A stretch of 64,000 bases of DNA from Octopus vulgaris. Taxonomy: Eukaryota. A model generated the notes under the pieces. That model searched no databases. It worked only from the letters and a program-made list of their open reading frames with translations, and was not told the DNA's origin. The position numbers and the translations under genes are program-made. Position 1 is the first letter of the stretch. The number at the start of each line of letters is the position of its first letter. Below, one piece after another: positions 27,653-39,581 of this stretch. The stretch is from positions 22,506,001 through 22,570,000 of the forward strand of contig OX597821.1 of the NCBI GenBank assembly GCA_951406725.2. Direction: 5' to 3'.

Positions 27653-27937
27653 AAAACCCTTTCTTTCTGTATGCTGCATCGTGTCCACTTTTAATGGATA
27701 ACAGAGAAGACCAAGAAGGATCAAGATAAGTCACTAATGTTCTCACCTTTCTTTCTATCCCACTATTCCCCTTTCCTGATCACACCTGCCACTGTCAGTT
27801 TGACCTGGCCAGACTGGTGTTTGGATAGGGCTGGTTTGCTTTCATAATCTATATTCAGAAACATGTCCAGATGTGGTGTATATGTGCGTTGCCCTTAATT
27901 TACTTCCCAATATTTTTATATTAACCTTCTTACATTG

Positions 27938-28320
27938 TGGATGGAAGCACTCCGTCGGTTACGATGACGAGGGTTCCGGTTGATCCGATCAACGGAACAG
28001 CCTGCTCGTGAAATTAACATGTAAGTGGCTGAGCACTCCACAGACGTGTGTACCCTTAACGTAGTTCTCGGGGATATTCAGCGTGACACAGAGTGACAAG
28101 GCCGGCCCTTTGAAATACAGGTACAACAGAAACAGGAAGTAAGAGTGAGAGAAAGTTGTTGTGAAAGAGTACAGCAGGGATCACCACCATCCCTGCCGGA
28201 GCCTTGTGGAGCTTTAGGTGTTTTCGCTCAATAAACACTCACAACGCTCGGTCTGGCAATCGAAACCGCGATCCTACGACCGCGAGTCCGCTGCCCTAAC
28301 CACTGGGCCATTGCGCCTCC
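27938..28320 (-). mobile_element. tRNA-derived SINE family D (about 380 bp)
   Basis: Minus strand begins GGAGGCGCAATGGCCCAGTGGTTAGGGCAGCGGAC with B box GTTTCGATTGCC; its 3' half is shared with the copies at 19310-20293 and 20325-20640. Confidence 0.8.
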
Positions 28321-28794
28321 TCTCTTACATTGTAGGGCCACCATGAATACTATGTCCGTAGATATTTCCATGCCAGCTTTTATAATTTTCCAATATTTTT
28401 GTCTTACATAATTTTGCTGCCATGCTTTCATAAATTTTCTTACTATTAAAGCGCAGGTGTGGTAAGAGGTTTTCTTCCCAACCACATGGTTCTGGGTTCA
28501 GTCCCACTGCATAGCGATACCTTGGGCAAGTGTCTTCCACCATAGCCCTAGGTTGACCTAAGGCTTGTAAGTGGACTTGGTGTGTGTGTGTTACTTTCTC
28601 CTTGCCTGGCAGTGTCCTTTATTCCCAATCCTCCATGAAAATGTATCTGGTTCTGGGGAAATGTTACCTTTCTTTGAAACAGATGAGGATTGGCAACAGG
28701 AAGGGCATCCGTCATAGGAAATCTGCCTTGACAAAATTCTATCTTACTCCTGCAAGTATAGAAAGAGATGTTAAGACAATAATGATGATGATGA

Positions 28795-29430
28795 TTGACT
28801 TCCATAGTTTTCCACTGTATTGTCTTTCATAGTTTTCTGCTATATTGGCTTACATTGTCTTTTAGCTATGTTGGCTGCTATTTCTCAAGCTAGTTATTTA
28901 CAATATTGTCTTTCATAGTTTCCTGTCATAATGGCTTCCATAATTTTCTACCATAAGGTCTTTTGAGTTCTTAGCTATATTGGCTACCATAGATCTTTTC
29001 CAAGTTAATTTGCATAATTTTCTGTCAAATTAGCTTCCATAGTTTTCTTCTATATTGCCTACCATAAAATATCAGCTACATTAGCTTTGATATATTTCTT
29101 GCTACATTTGCTTCCATAGTTTTCTGTCACAGGTATTGTCTACTATAACGGGAAGGTTTACGAAAATAAACAAAAGACGAAGGCAGGTGGAGTACAAACA
29201 AATAATGTATTAGTATGGCACTCAGGAACAGAAATAAAACAAGTCTTTCATGAGACTTCATATATTACTTCCATATTAGCTTTTATAATTTTCTGCAAAA
29301 TTGGTTTACATAGTTTTGATATATGGGCTTCCATAGATATCTGCCATATGGTCTCTCAGGCTAGTCACTATAGGAGAAATGTTTTGACACCCAATATATC
29401 TTAGGTTATTGGCTCTCATAGTTTTCTGCT
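28795..29430. repeat. Degenerate ~25-bp minisatellite
   Basis: Recurring unit close to TTCCATAGTTTTCTGCTATATTGGC; similar units at 28335-28445, on the other side of a SINE insertion. Confidence 0.65.
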
Positions 29431-29557
29431 CTTAACTCAGTTTTATGTTACTACTAGCTCTCCATACTCTTTCAAGTTATGTCACAGTTTCTAAGAATAT
29501 TCCACTCTTGCAATTATCTTTGGTTTTGTCTTGTTTTACTACTTTTTTGCATTTTTG

Positions 29558-30165
29558 CACTGGTATGGCCATGTCATGCATATGAATGAAAACAGTTGCA
29601 TCAAGAGGTGCCAATCTCTGGTTGTAGCTGGAACGTGTAGAAGGGATTAGACCCAGGAAGACATGTGATGAAGTGGTAAGAAAGGAACTACTGACGTTAG
29701 GGACTCACAGAGGGAATGGCAGGGGACCGAGACCCATGACAGTTTGCTGTGCTTCAAAAGATGCATTGAGCTATGTAAAAGCCTGTTTGCCCTTGCATAC
29801 AGGCTCTTCCCCCTGCAACCCTCTCCAGCTGAGTGTCCCCTGAACTTGCAGGCTCATGTCGAGCTTAGTAAAAGCATGGTTGCCTTTCTGTCCAGGCCTG
29901 TCCCTTGCAACCCTGTCCAGCTGAGCATCCCTAATCTTGTGGGCTCATAATTGCTGGTGCCATGTAAAAAGCACCCAGACTGGTGCTGGGTAAAAACATG
30001 CAGTGCACTCTGTAAAGTGGTTGGCATTAGGAAGAGCATCCAGCCATAGAAACCATGTCAAAACAGACATGGAGTCTGAACAGCCCTTCAGCTGGTTAGC
30101 TTCTGTCAAACCAGCCAACCCATGCCAACATGGAAAACAAACGTTAAATGATTATTATTATTATT
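29558..30165 (+). mobile_element. RTE-clade LINE 3' remnant (ORF2 end plus 3' UTR)
   Basis: Broken frame WYGHVMHMNENSCIKRCQSLVVAGTCRR..RPRKT.DEVVRKEL; UTR has GTTGGCATTAGGAAGAGCATCC and CCAACCCATGCCAACATGGAAAACAAACGTTAAATGA, the tail shared with many short fragments in the window. Confidence 0.8.
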
Positions 30166-31067
30166 GTTTCTGATCAAGGAAACAAGCATGGTTGTGTGGT
30201 TAAGAAATGTGTGTCCTAACAAAATGGTTTTGGGTTCAGAACCATGGCATGGCACTTTGGACAGTTGTCTTCTACAATTACCCTAGAGCAGCGAAAGCCT
30301 TGCGAGTGGATTTAATTGATGGAAACTGAAGAAAACCAGTTGTGTCTATATTCACCCATTGTAGGAGATGCTGGTTCCTCCAGGAACCGTTTGGCCAGTT
30401 GAGTGGACCGGAAGCAACATGAAATGGAGTGTTTTGCTCAAGAATACAAATACATTGCCCACTCCAGGAATTGAAACCACAATCTCATAATCATAATTTC
30501 AACACTTCAACCACTAGGCCACATGCCTACACACACACACACATGTATCTTTTAGGAACAGTGGATCTCTCTACATGTGAGTGAATGAGAATTAGCATGC
30601 AAGAAGGGAGACAATTGGACAGAGGAGGACTGTCTTCATAAAGTACGTGTGAGAGCGTGATGTGTTTTGCTAAGGGTGTCAGTCACTTTTCTCCTGTGGC
30701 TCTGAAATGTCTATAATATTGATGGTGGTGATGGTGGTGGGTTGATGATTGGCAAGCAGTGTGATTGTTTTATGTCATGCTTTTCCACCTTTGATGCCAA
30801 TGAAGCAAGGGCCTGGGAAGAGTGGGGTGCACTTGCACCCTCTTCTTACCTTTCCCAGGCTTAGAAAAGAGTGTTTAAAAATTGATCACAAAATAAGAAC
30901 AAAGAACTAAATTAAATAAAATGAAAACCCTCAAAACTCCATAGAAAGAAATATTACTATATATTTTTATATATATATACACAATAATCCCTTGCCATAT
31001 CGTGGGTTATTAAGCTTACATCGATTCCTCTGTGGTTTTGTTTTCCATTTATAATAGAATAAATATA

Positions 31068-31457
31068 TACTCTTTTACTTGTTTCAGTCATTTGACTGCG
31101 GCCATGCTGGAGCACCGCCTTTAGTCGAGCAAATCGACCCCGGGACTTATTCTTTGTAAGCCCAGTACTTATTCTATCGGTCTCTTTTGCCGAACTGCTA
31201 AGTGACGGGGACGTAAACACTCCAACATCGGTTGTCAAGCAATGCTAGGGGGACAAACACAGACACAGACACACACATACATATATATATACATATATAC
31301 GACAGGCTTCTTTCAGTTTCCGTCCACCAAATCCACTCACAAGGCATTGGTCGGCCCGGGGCTATAGCAGAAGACACTTGCCCAAGATGCCACGCAGTGG
31401 GACTGAACCCGGAACCATGTGGTTGGTAAGCAAGCTACTTACCACACAGCCACTCCA
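31068..31457 (-). mobile_element. tRNA-derived SINE family A, representative minus-strand copy
   Basis: Reverse complement of 3537-3944. Other minus copies at about 1492-1898, 6665-7053, 19615-20052, 32730-33070, 42392-42725, 57992-58404. Confidence 0.9.
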
Positions 31458-31550
31458 TATACGAATTATAAAAATTAAAAAATTGCAATACCGTTTCTAC
31501 TTAACAGATTTTCACCTATTGTAATGGGGGGTTGGATAGTTGAGGGATTA

Positions 31551-31601
<51 letters not shown>

Positions 31602-34526
31602 ATACATATATTATATATTTTGTTTATTTATATATAATATATATATTTATATATAATGTACATATATTTATATATGATAATATATATGTGTGTGTGTATG
31701 TATGTATATGTATAAACAAACAGTATAACAACAGCAACCACAGCCACTCCTCAATATTAGCACAATTGATGAACTGTTACACTCCACAATCAAGAGCCCT
31801 TCACAGTGTAGCTATCCACTTCATTTCCTCTGAATGCCATAAATGGCCCATCATCATTGCCATCATGTTCTACTGCTACAACCCTTACCACAACTAAATA
31901 GCAACAGCAACAAGATCAGCTTTAGAAGCCGCTCTTCAATACTATGATGAGCTCTTAAACAACACAGTTCTTAGCTTTTCTCCGCAGCCAGGCCACTCAA
32001 ATTCTTCTCAGAATAACACAAGAAATCCATTCTCACCATTGTCATCCTATTCTACTGCTACTACCATTACAACTATATTCCAATTAATGAAGAATTACTC
32101 CTTTCTTCTACTGTCCACTTCATTCTGAAGATCCATGATAAATCTACCAACTGTAGATAAAATGAAATTATGGACACACAAAACCCTGAAATATGCATGT
32201 ATTCTCAATACGAGAGACTATGCATATACAGTAACTATAACTTCACCTGGGACAGTTCATACAAGCAATACCAGCCAATGCAAAATCATACATCATACAA
32301 CACCACCACCACTAAATGTTAAGTTACACTTAATAACTTTTATACATGTAAACCAGAATCCTTAAATCCGTTGCTGTTCTCAACACAAAAGATTGATTAT
32401 GTGTGACTGTCCCTTCACTCTACTTCCCGGACCTTGATGTACTAGTAAGATCATGACATCAAACCACCACCAAATTCACAGTAGAAACATCCCTTACAGT
32501 GGCAGTTTTAGTTCAGATTTTCATCGAAACCCAGAAGTCACCCAGACATTTACTGGGTACAATAGTAAAATCAACAGCTGCAAACAATACAACTATAACC
32601 ATATTCAACAGTGCAACCACACTAACTCCAGACAACAACCCCTCCCAAAACAAGGGATGTCTGGATGTTTGATTTTTATCACTCTCAGTACATGTCCTGA
32701 GATTGACACCCAAACTCTGAAATGTTTGTCTCAGTCTCTTTTGCCGAATCACTAAGTTACAGAGATGTGAACACACCAAAACTGGTTGTCGGGCACACAT
32801 AGATATATACATATGTGTATGTATGTATGTATGTATATATATATATATATATATATATACATGTGTGTGTGTGTATAGTTGTATATATACATATATATGT
32901 GTATATATATATATATCTATATATATATATATATATATACATGATGGGCTTCTTTCAGTTTCTGTCTACCAAATCCTCTCACAAGGCTTTGAATGGCTCG
33001 TGACTATAGCAGGAAACACTTGCCCATGCAGTGGGACTAAACATGGAACCATGTGGTTGGGAAGCAAGCTTTTTTATACTTTTATATAAATATATAAGTA
33101 ACTACATCGGAATATTTGTAGTCTTGTTCAAAAATAATTTGAGGGTTTTAAACTTTTATAAGGGCCCGCATGGTATGTGAAACCCAAAGGATTGGTCTAA
33201 AACAATATTTGACTCACGATCCCAAGAGACAACAGGCTGGTTTAATATGGACAGCGCTGTTTGTTGTCTGGGACTCAATTGAGACATCAATATAGCCAGA
33301 ACTGTACTATAATGTTACTCACTGTACTAAGATGTGTGTGTTTAGGCAGCTGCTTGCCTGTATGGTTAATAAGTTCACTTCTCAACCAGATGCTTTCAAG
33401 TTCAATCCTGGCACAATGTAGCATATGGTCAATTCATTGTGCTAAACATTTCAAAGTTGTATTCTAGCATGACCACAGTCAAAACAAATATAAGACAGAT
33501 AATAGCCTCAGTCAAAACAAGTAAAAAATAAAAATAAAAGGTGTGTGTGTATAGGCGCAGGAGTGGCTGTGTGGTAAGTAGCTTGCTAACCATCCACATG
33601 GTTCCGGGTTCAGTCCCACTGCGTGGCACCTTGGGCAAGTGTCTTCTGCTATAGCCCCGGGCCGACCAATGCCTTGTGAGTGGATTTGGTAGACGGAAAC
33701 TGAAAGAAGCCAGTCGTATATATGTATATATATATATGTGTTTGTGTGTCTGTGTTTGTCCCCCTAGCTTTGCTTGACCACCGATGCTGGTGTGTTTACG
33801 TCCCCATTACTTAGTGGTTCGGCAAAAGAGACTGATAGAATAAGTACTGGGCTTACAAAAGAGTAAGTCCCGGGGTCGATTTGCTCGATTAAAGGTGGTG
33901 CTCCAGCATGGCCGCAGTCAAATGACTGAAACAAGTAAAAGAGTAAAGAGTATATATATAATATATATATATATCGACTGCCATTTACAGTTGATGTCAG
34001 TATGTGTGCAGGCCCTTATAAAAGTTTAAAACCCTTAAATTATGTGCGTTGGCTGCAGCATCAGAGCACTTCAGCCCTTATTTCTAGCATTGTAGGTGTT
34101 CTAATGCCCTCACTCATATTTAATGACAATTATAGTTTTCCTTTTTGGTAATACATTGCTAAACCACTACCTACATTAATTATATATATATACACACACA
34201 CACACATATACACACACAAGCACACATGTATTTATCTGTCTATGTCAATAATAATTGATGATGATGTAGATATCGTAATTAGAGCATGAGACTTAACATA
34301 TAACAGGCCACATGGAGTGTAAATTAATTTTATATAAAGCTACTTACTACCATTCGATGATTTATTTTGGGTATGCGCATGCACACACACTCACATACTT
34401 ACACATCTGTCTATAAAATGTTTGAAAAAGTAGTGGAGAGAGAGAGCGAGAGAAAACCTGAAACCCAACAAGATGGTAATTGGGATTGTTCAGGTGTCTG
34501 AGTTGTGTCAGTTGTCTCTGGGGTTA

Positions 34527-34846
34527 TTTAGTTAGTTAGTTAATTTTTTGGCTCAAAAGCAGGGTGGTGTTCATGTAAAGAGTTCAGGTCACTTGAGGTC
34601 AAGGGAGACTTTGAACAAAGCGGTCGTCGGCATCTTCTCGTCTGGCAGCTTGTTCCACGGATCCACAACCCGGACAGAGAAAGCTCCTCTCCTTCGATTG
34701 AGATGAAATCGTCGCAGGTAGAGCTTTTCAGAATGACCCCGTAGCCGATGCTCTGGAGCAGGAGTGAAGAACAGCTCTTTCGAGAGGTTACACTTTCCGC
34801 TTATGATGTTGTGAGCGAGAATGAGATCACCACGGCGGCGGCGTTT
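34527..34846 (-). mobile_element. CR1-clade LINE 3' end, second copy
   Basis: ORF 34589-34873 RRRRGDLILAHNII...LRGHSEKL...FSVRVVDPWNKLP; (AACT)n tail on the minus strand; near-identical to 25700-25990. Confidence 0.82.
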
Positions 34847-35064
34847 TGACTTACATAAATAATAGGGGAACAAGAGTAAATGTTTTCTTCAATAATATGA
34901 TCTGTACTGCATTACATACCAGTTGGTCTATATTTCAGTCTTTCTGTCTATATCTTTCTCCAGCTAACTTCACCCTATCTCTTCTCTCTCTCCACATATA
35001 TATATACACACATTTATGAGTTTGTGTTGCAAGATTCCTGAGGTGAAACTGTGTTTTGAAACAG

Positions 35065-35432
35065 ATATTGTTACATATTTCTGGTTGGTTCTTTTTTTTT
35101 TTTTTTTCCAAAAGAAAAAAAAACACATTATATATTCATTCTTCACTCATTTATTACTGTTCTTATTTTAACCGATGTCCATTGTCCAGAAATCTTTCAT
35201 CACACATCTGTAGTGACATCTTCAGTGACACATTCCATCATTGTGTATGCTCCTGTATAGAGAATGGACTGAGCAGAGCAGGAGCACACACGAGGATGGG
35301 AAGTGTTGCTGAAGAGGTCACAGATGTGTGACGAAAGACTTCCAGATAGTGGACATCATTTAAACGAATATATAGTGCATGTGTTTATTTGGCAAAAAAT
35401 AAAATAAAATAACCACCCAGAAATGTAACAAT
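35065..35432. repeat. Degenerate fold-back (inverted dimer), about 370 bp
   Basis: GATGTCCATTGTCCAGAAATCTTTCATCACACATCTG...GCTCCTG pairs with CAGGAGC...CAGATGTGTGACGAAAGACTTCCAGATAGTGGACATC; outer arms TTGTTACAT..TTCTGG / CCAGAAATGTAACAA. Confidence 0.75.
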
Positions 35433-35519
35433 TTATATATACTTAGCATGTGTGTGAACAAAGGAAAGCAGCACTTAACATATTTGGTTGGAGATTATAT
35501 AGATAGATATAGACAGGTA

Positions 35520-35763
35520 TTTCGTTTTGGGATTTGGTTTGCAAGATTCTTTATATGAGTTCGTGTGTTGAAGCATATTCTGTTGTGTCTGGGGAGAGTC
35601 ATTTTCTTTTTGTTCCTTATTATTTAACACACTCACCGGTAAAATTTCCAGTTATTTCTTACTTTTATTCTCCTAAATTTTCGTTGCGTGTTGCAATTTT
35701 ACCGGTGAGTGTGTTAAATAATAAGGCACAAAAAGAAAATGACTCTCCCCAGACACAACAGAG
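35520..35763. mobile_element. Insertion with near-perfect internal inverted repeat and 12-bp TSD (Penelope-like inversion structure)
   Basis: Arms 35580-35646 and 35695-35761 differ at one position; TATAGACAGGTA direct repeat at 35508-35519 and 35764-35775. Confidence 0.7.
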
Positions 35764-35864
35764 TATAGACAGGTAGATATATGAGTATCTGTGCACCTTA
35801 CTTAACAAAGTGTGTAAGTCATCCGGTGGATTCACTCAGTGTTATAAATCCCAATTATCTAGAG

Positions 35865-36067
35865 CAGTGCTTTTCAAACTTTTTGCTGGAGCGGAACCCA
35901 GAGGAAACATTCCCTGTGCAACAATTTAATTGTCTTGTGCACACATATCTGCACAGGAGAATTAAAAATTACTGCTGATTTTAGCAGTTTTTGTAACATC
36001 TTGCGGAACCTCTGGACTGTACTGGCGGAACCCTAAGGTTCCGCGAAACCCTGGTTGAAAAACACTG
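35865..36067. mobile_element. hAT-type MITE, second copy of the 6300 family
   Basis: Same TIRs and body as 6300-6501; 8-bp TSD ATCTAGAG / ATCTAGAT. Confidence 0.88.
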
Positions 36068-36282
36068 ATCTAGATAGTTAGGCTGCTGCTGTTGGCTGGG
36101 AAACTAACTTGCAGTCAATGTGGAATCACTTGCATATCCCTTGCAAGCCTTAAGGGCCATATGAGATGTCAGTGATAAAGAAACCAAACAGTATTTCTTA
36201 GAATGAAATAAGTTTAAGAAGTGATCTTAACCAGTCAAAGTCAACTTCAACCATGTTGTTGTGTGTGTGCGTGTGACTATAC

Positions 36283-36682
36283 ATCATCATCATCGTCATT
36301 TAACGTCCGCTTTCCATGCTAGCATGGGTTGGACGGTTCAACTGGGGTCTGGGGAGCCCGAAGGCTGCACCAGGCCAGTCAGATCTGGCAGTGTTTCTAC
36401 AGCTGGATGCCCTTCCTAACGCCAACCACTCCGAGAGTGTAGTGGGTGATTTTATGTGCCACCGACACAGGTGCCAGACGAGGCTGGCGAACGGCCACGC
36501 TCAGATGGTGTTTTTATGTGCCACCGACACAGGTGCCAGACGAAGCTGGCGAACGGCCACGCTCGGATGGTGTTTTTATGTGCCACCGACACAGATGCCA
36601 GACAAGGCTAGCAGACGACCACGCTCGGATGGTGTTTTTATGTGCCACCGACACAGGTGCCAGACAAGGCTAGCAGACGACC
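36283..36682 (-). mobile_element. RTE-type 3' UTR fragment with internal 62-bp tandem repeat
   Basis: (GAT)n tail on minus strand; 62-bp units start at 36451, 36513, 36575 and 36637; near-identical to 59783-60208. Confidence 0.75.
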
Positions 36683-39035
36683 TATTTCTTTATTACCCAC
36701 CAAGGGCTAAACACAGAGGGGACAAACAAGGACAGACATAGGTATTAAGTCGATTACATCGACCCTCAGTGCGTAACTGGTACTTAATTTATCGACCCCA
36801 AAAGGATGAAAGGCGAAGTCGACCTCGGCGGAATTCGAACTCAGAACGTTATACCGCTAAGCATTTCGCCCGGCGTGCTAAGGTTTCTGCCAGCTCGCCG
36901 CCTTAGACTATACCTGCTTTGTCTGTGGACAAAGGGAGAGACTATCAATGCATAGCTATGTTGATGTTATATTTGTCTCTTTATATCTATACAACTGTCT
37001 CTATCTATGCAACATCTCGCTACATCTATGTCTTTCTAGATTATCAGTGTTTCTATACTTGCAAGTGTCTATATTTGTCTCTATATAACTGTCTATATTT
37101 AACTGTCTATATATCAATCTCACTGCCTGTATACACTCCTCTATTTTTATATGTCTCTTCATGTGAATTTCTCAAGTAATCTCTTCCATTCTCTAACATT
37201 ACTCGTGAATTAAAGTTCTTGTTTTTTGTTCCATGGGAGATAACTCTTATCTTCATGTATGCGTGCATCATCTTTCATTTTCTTTTCTTGCATTTTGGAA
37301 ACCAGCGCTGCAGTCCTTGTTGTTATTAGCAAGTAAAATGTTGTTGTTGCCTTTATTATTGTTAGTGGTTAATAAAGAAGTCATTATTATTATTATTAAG
37401 GCAGCAAGGTGGCAGAATCGTTGGCATGTTAGGCAAAATGCTTACCAACATTTCATCCGTCTTTACATTTAGGCAAAATGCTTACCACTAAGGTCCACTT
37501 TGCTTTTTATCATTTTAGGGTCGAACACTGGGGTCGAAGTAATTGACTTACGCCTACTCCTAAAATTGCTGACCTTGCACCAAAATTTCAAGCACTTATT
37601 ATTACTATCATTATAGTATTTTATTAGTGGAATCATCTGAGCGTCAGACAAAATATGCTGTGGTGTATCTACTAGCTTATGTTCTGGTTTCGACTCCCAA
37701 CACAATCACCATTGCATTTAATCTCCAGGGTCAATAAAAGGCCAGTCGAGTACTGAGGTTGAAGGTATCAACTGAATACTTCCCCTACAAACTTTTGGCT
37801 TAGTACCTAATTCAAAGCAATTAAAGAATTATTATTATTATTATCAAGGTGGCTAGCTGGCAGAATTGTTACCATACAAGGCAAATGCGTAGTAGCATTT
37901 CATCCGTTTTTAAATTCTAAATTCAAATTCTACCGAGGTCGACTTTGCCTTTCGTCCTTAATGAAATAAAGTCCACTTGAGCACTGGGAGTCAATGTAAT
38001 ATATTTGCGTATGTGTATGCACATGTATGCACATACACATACATATACTTACATACACAAATACAGACATAAACATAAGCGATTCAGCTGAAAAGTTAAA
38101 GAAATAGAAATTTTTTTATTGTAATTGGCCGGTCAATACAAAAATGAATGAAAGGAATAATGAATTCTTCCTTATTTTCTTTCTTTCCTGTTTGAAATAT
38201 TTGACAGTTTTAGTGCAAAGAATATTAAGATAAGGGCAACTAGCTCCCTAGGGGGTGAAGAAGTGTAATGTCTCACGTCAGTTCCTTATCGCTGGGTTGT
38301 TTGTGTGAGGACATATTTGACAGTTCCATGTGTTTTTTAGCAATGTTTCACACACAAGTTTCTTATTCCTAACTGTTGCCACAGACATTGTTGTGACAGC
38401 TGACATTTTTTCCCTTTTTATGTTTTTTTTATACACCTCATGTGAAAGATGAAAGACATATCTGTCAACCTTGTCACACACACACACACACACACACATA
38501 TCTGTATTTTAGTCTAAATGTTAATTGGTCACTTGTTTTAAATGAAGAATGTGATTACTATTGCTGGGATTGACAATCATTAGAGTGTTAATGATAATTC
38601 TTTCTATTATTAGCACAAGTTCAGCAGTTTTGGAAGAGAGGTCTAGTTGATTACATCGACCCTCAGTGTTCAGCTGGTATCTATTTTATCAACCCTAAGA
38701 GAATGAAAGGCAAATACCCCCACAATGGAATCCAAACTGAGAACATAAAGACGGACAAAATTCCACAAAGCATTTTGACCAGTGTCCTAATGATTCAGCT
38801 AGCTCATCATTTTGGTGATGATGACGACAATGGTGATGACAGAAACCAGCAATAGAAAAATTATGATAACAGGTTCTGAGTTGAAATATGTTGAGAGTAA
38901 CTTTGCCTTTCATGATCAATAAAATAAAGTACCCGTCGAGTACTGGAATGCTGTTCTCCACCAAGATATTTGTGTCTTTTGTGCCTTTGTTAGATGCTGC
39001 CGCTACTACTACTACTACTATTATTATTATTATTG

Positions 39036-39581
39036 AGTGAGAGACATCAAAGTGACACTGGGGTAAAATATACGGAGCCCAGTATACCCATCATGACTAC
39101 CCGTCTGATAAGGGTACACCAGGCACATGCATCACAGCCATATGTGTGCGTGACATGGTGATCTCATATCAAGATAAACAGCACATGACCTTGCAGGTGG
39201 TGCCCAGTTAGAATTTTCTTCAGGTCGGGCAGTCCATTCCGCTCAAAAGGTCCCTGAATGAGGATTGTTTAAGGATGTTGAACGAACCACCCATGTTTCC
39301 AAAGGTGAATTATCCAAACCTCTAAGAATTACTCTCAACACACAGCTATGATGCTTCTCCACTACTTCTGCTCGTGGTCAGAGATGCACATATCGTCAGC
39401 CACTAAGGGACATGCTCAACTGGTTATGGTCAAACAACTGATAAGCAAATCTGTGGTATTGAGCAGAATATTTGCTGTAGCCCATCTTTTATACCAAGAC
39501 AAAACAATGTACATGATAACACTTCCAATCAATTAAGATCAGGAGCCATGAGAGCCACTGCCTGGTACTGCATCAGGGCAT
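39036..39581. mobile_element. Unclassified interspersed repeat (about 545 bp) inserted in an (ATT)n tract
   Basis: Internal segment CAGCCACTAAGGGACATGCTCAA recurs at about 18140-18260 (opposite strand) and 57830-57960. Confidence 0.55.

Noticed and set aside
36451-36682. Regular repeats that could suggest a CRISPR array
   Set aside because: Contiguous 62-bp tandem units with no unique spacers, inside a LINE 3' UTR of an animal genome.
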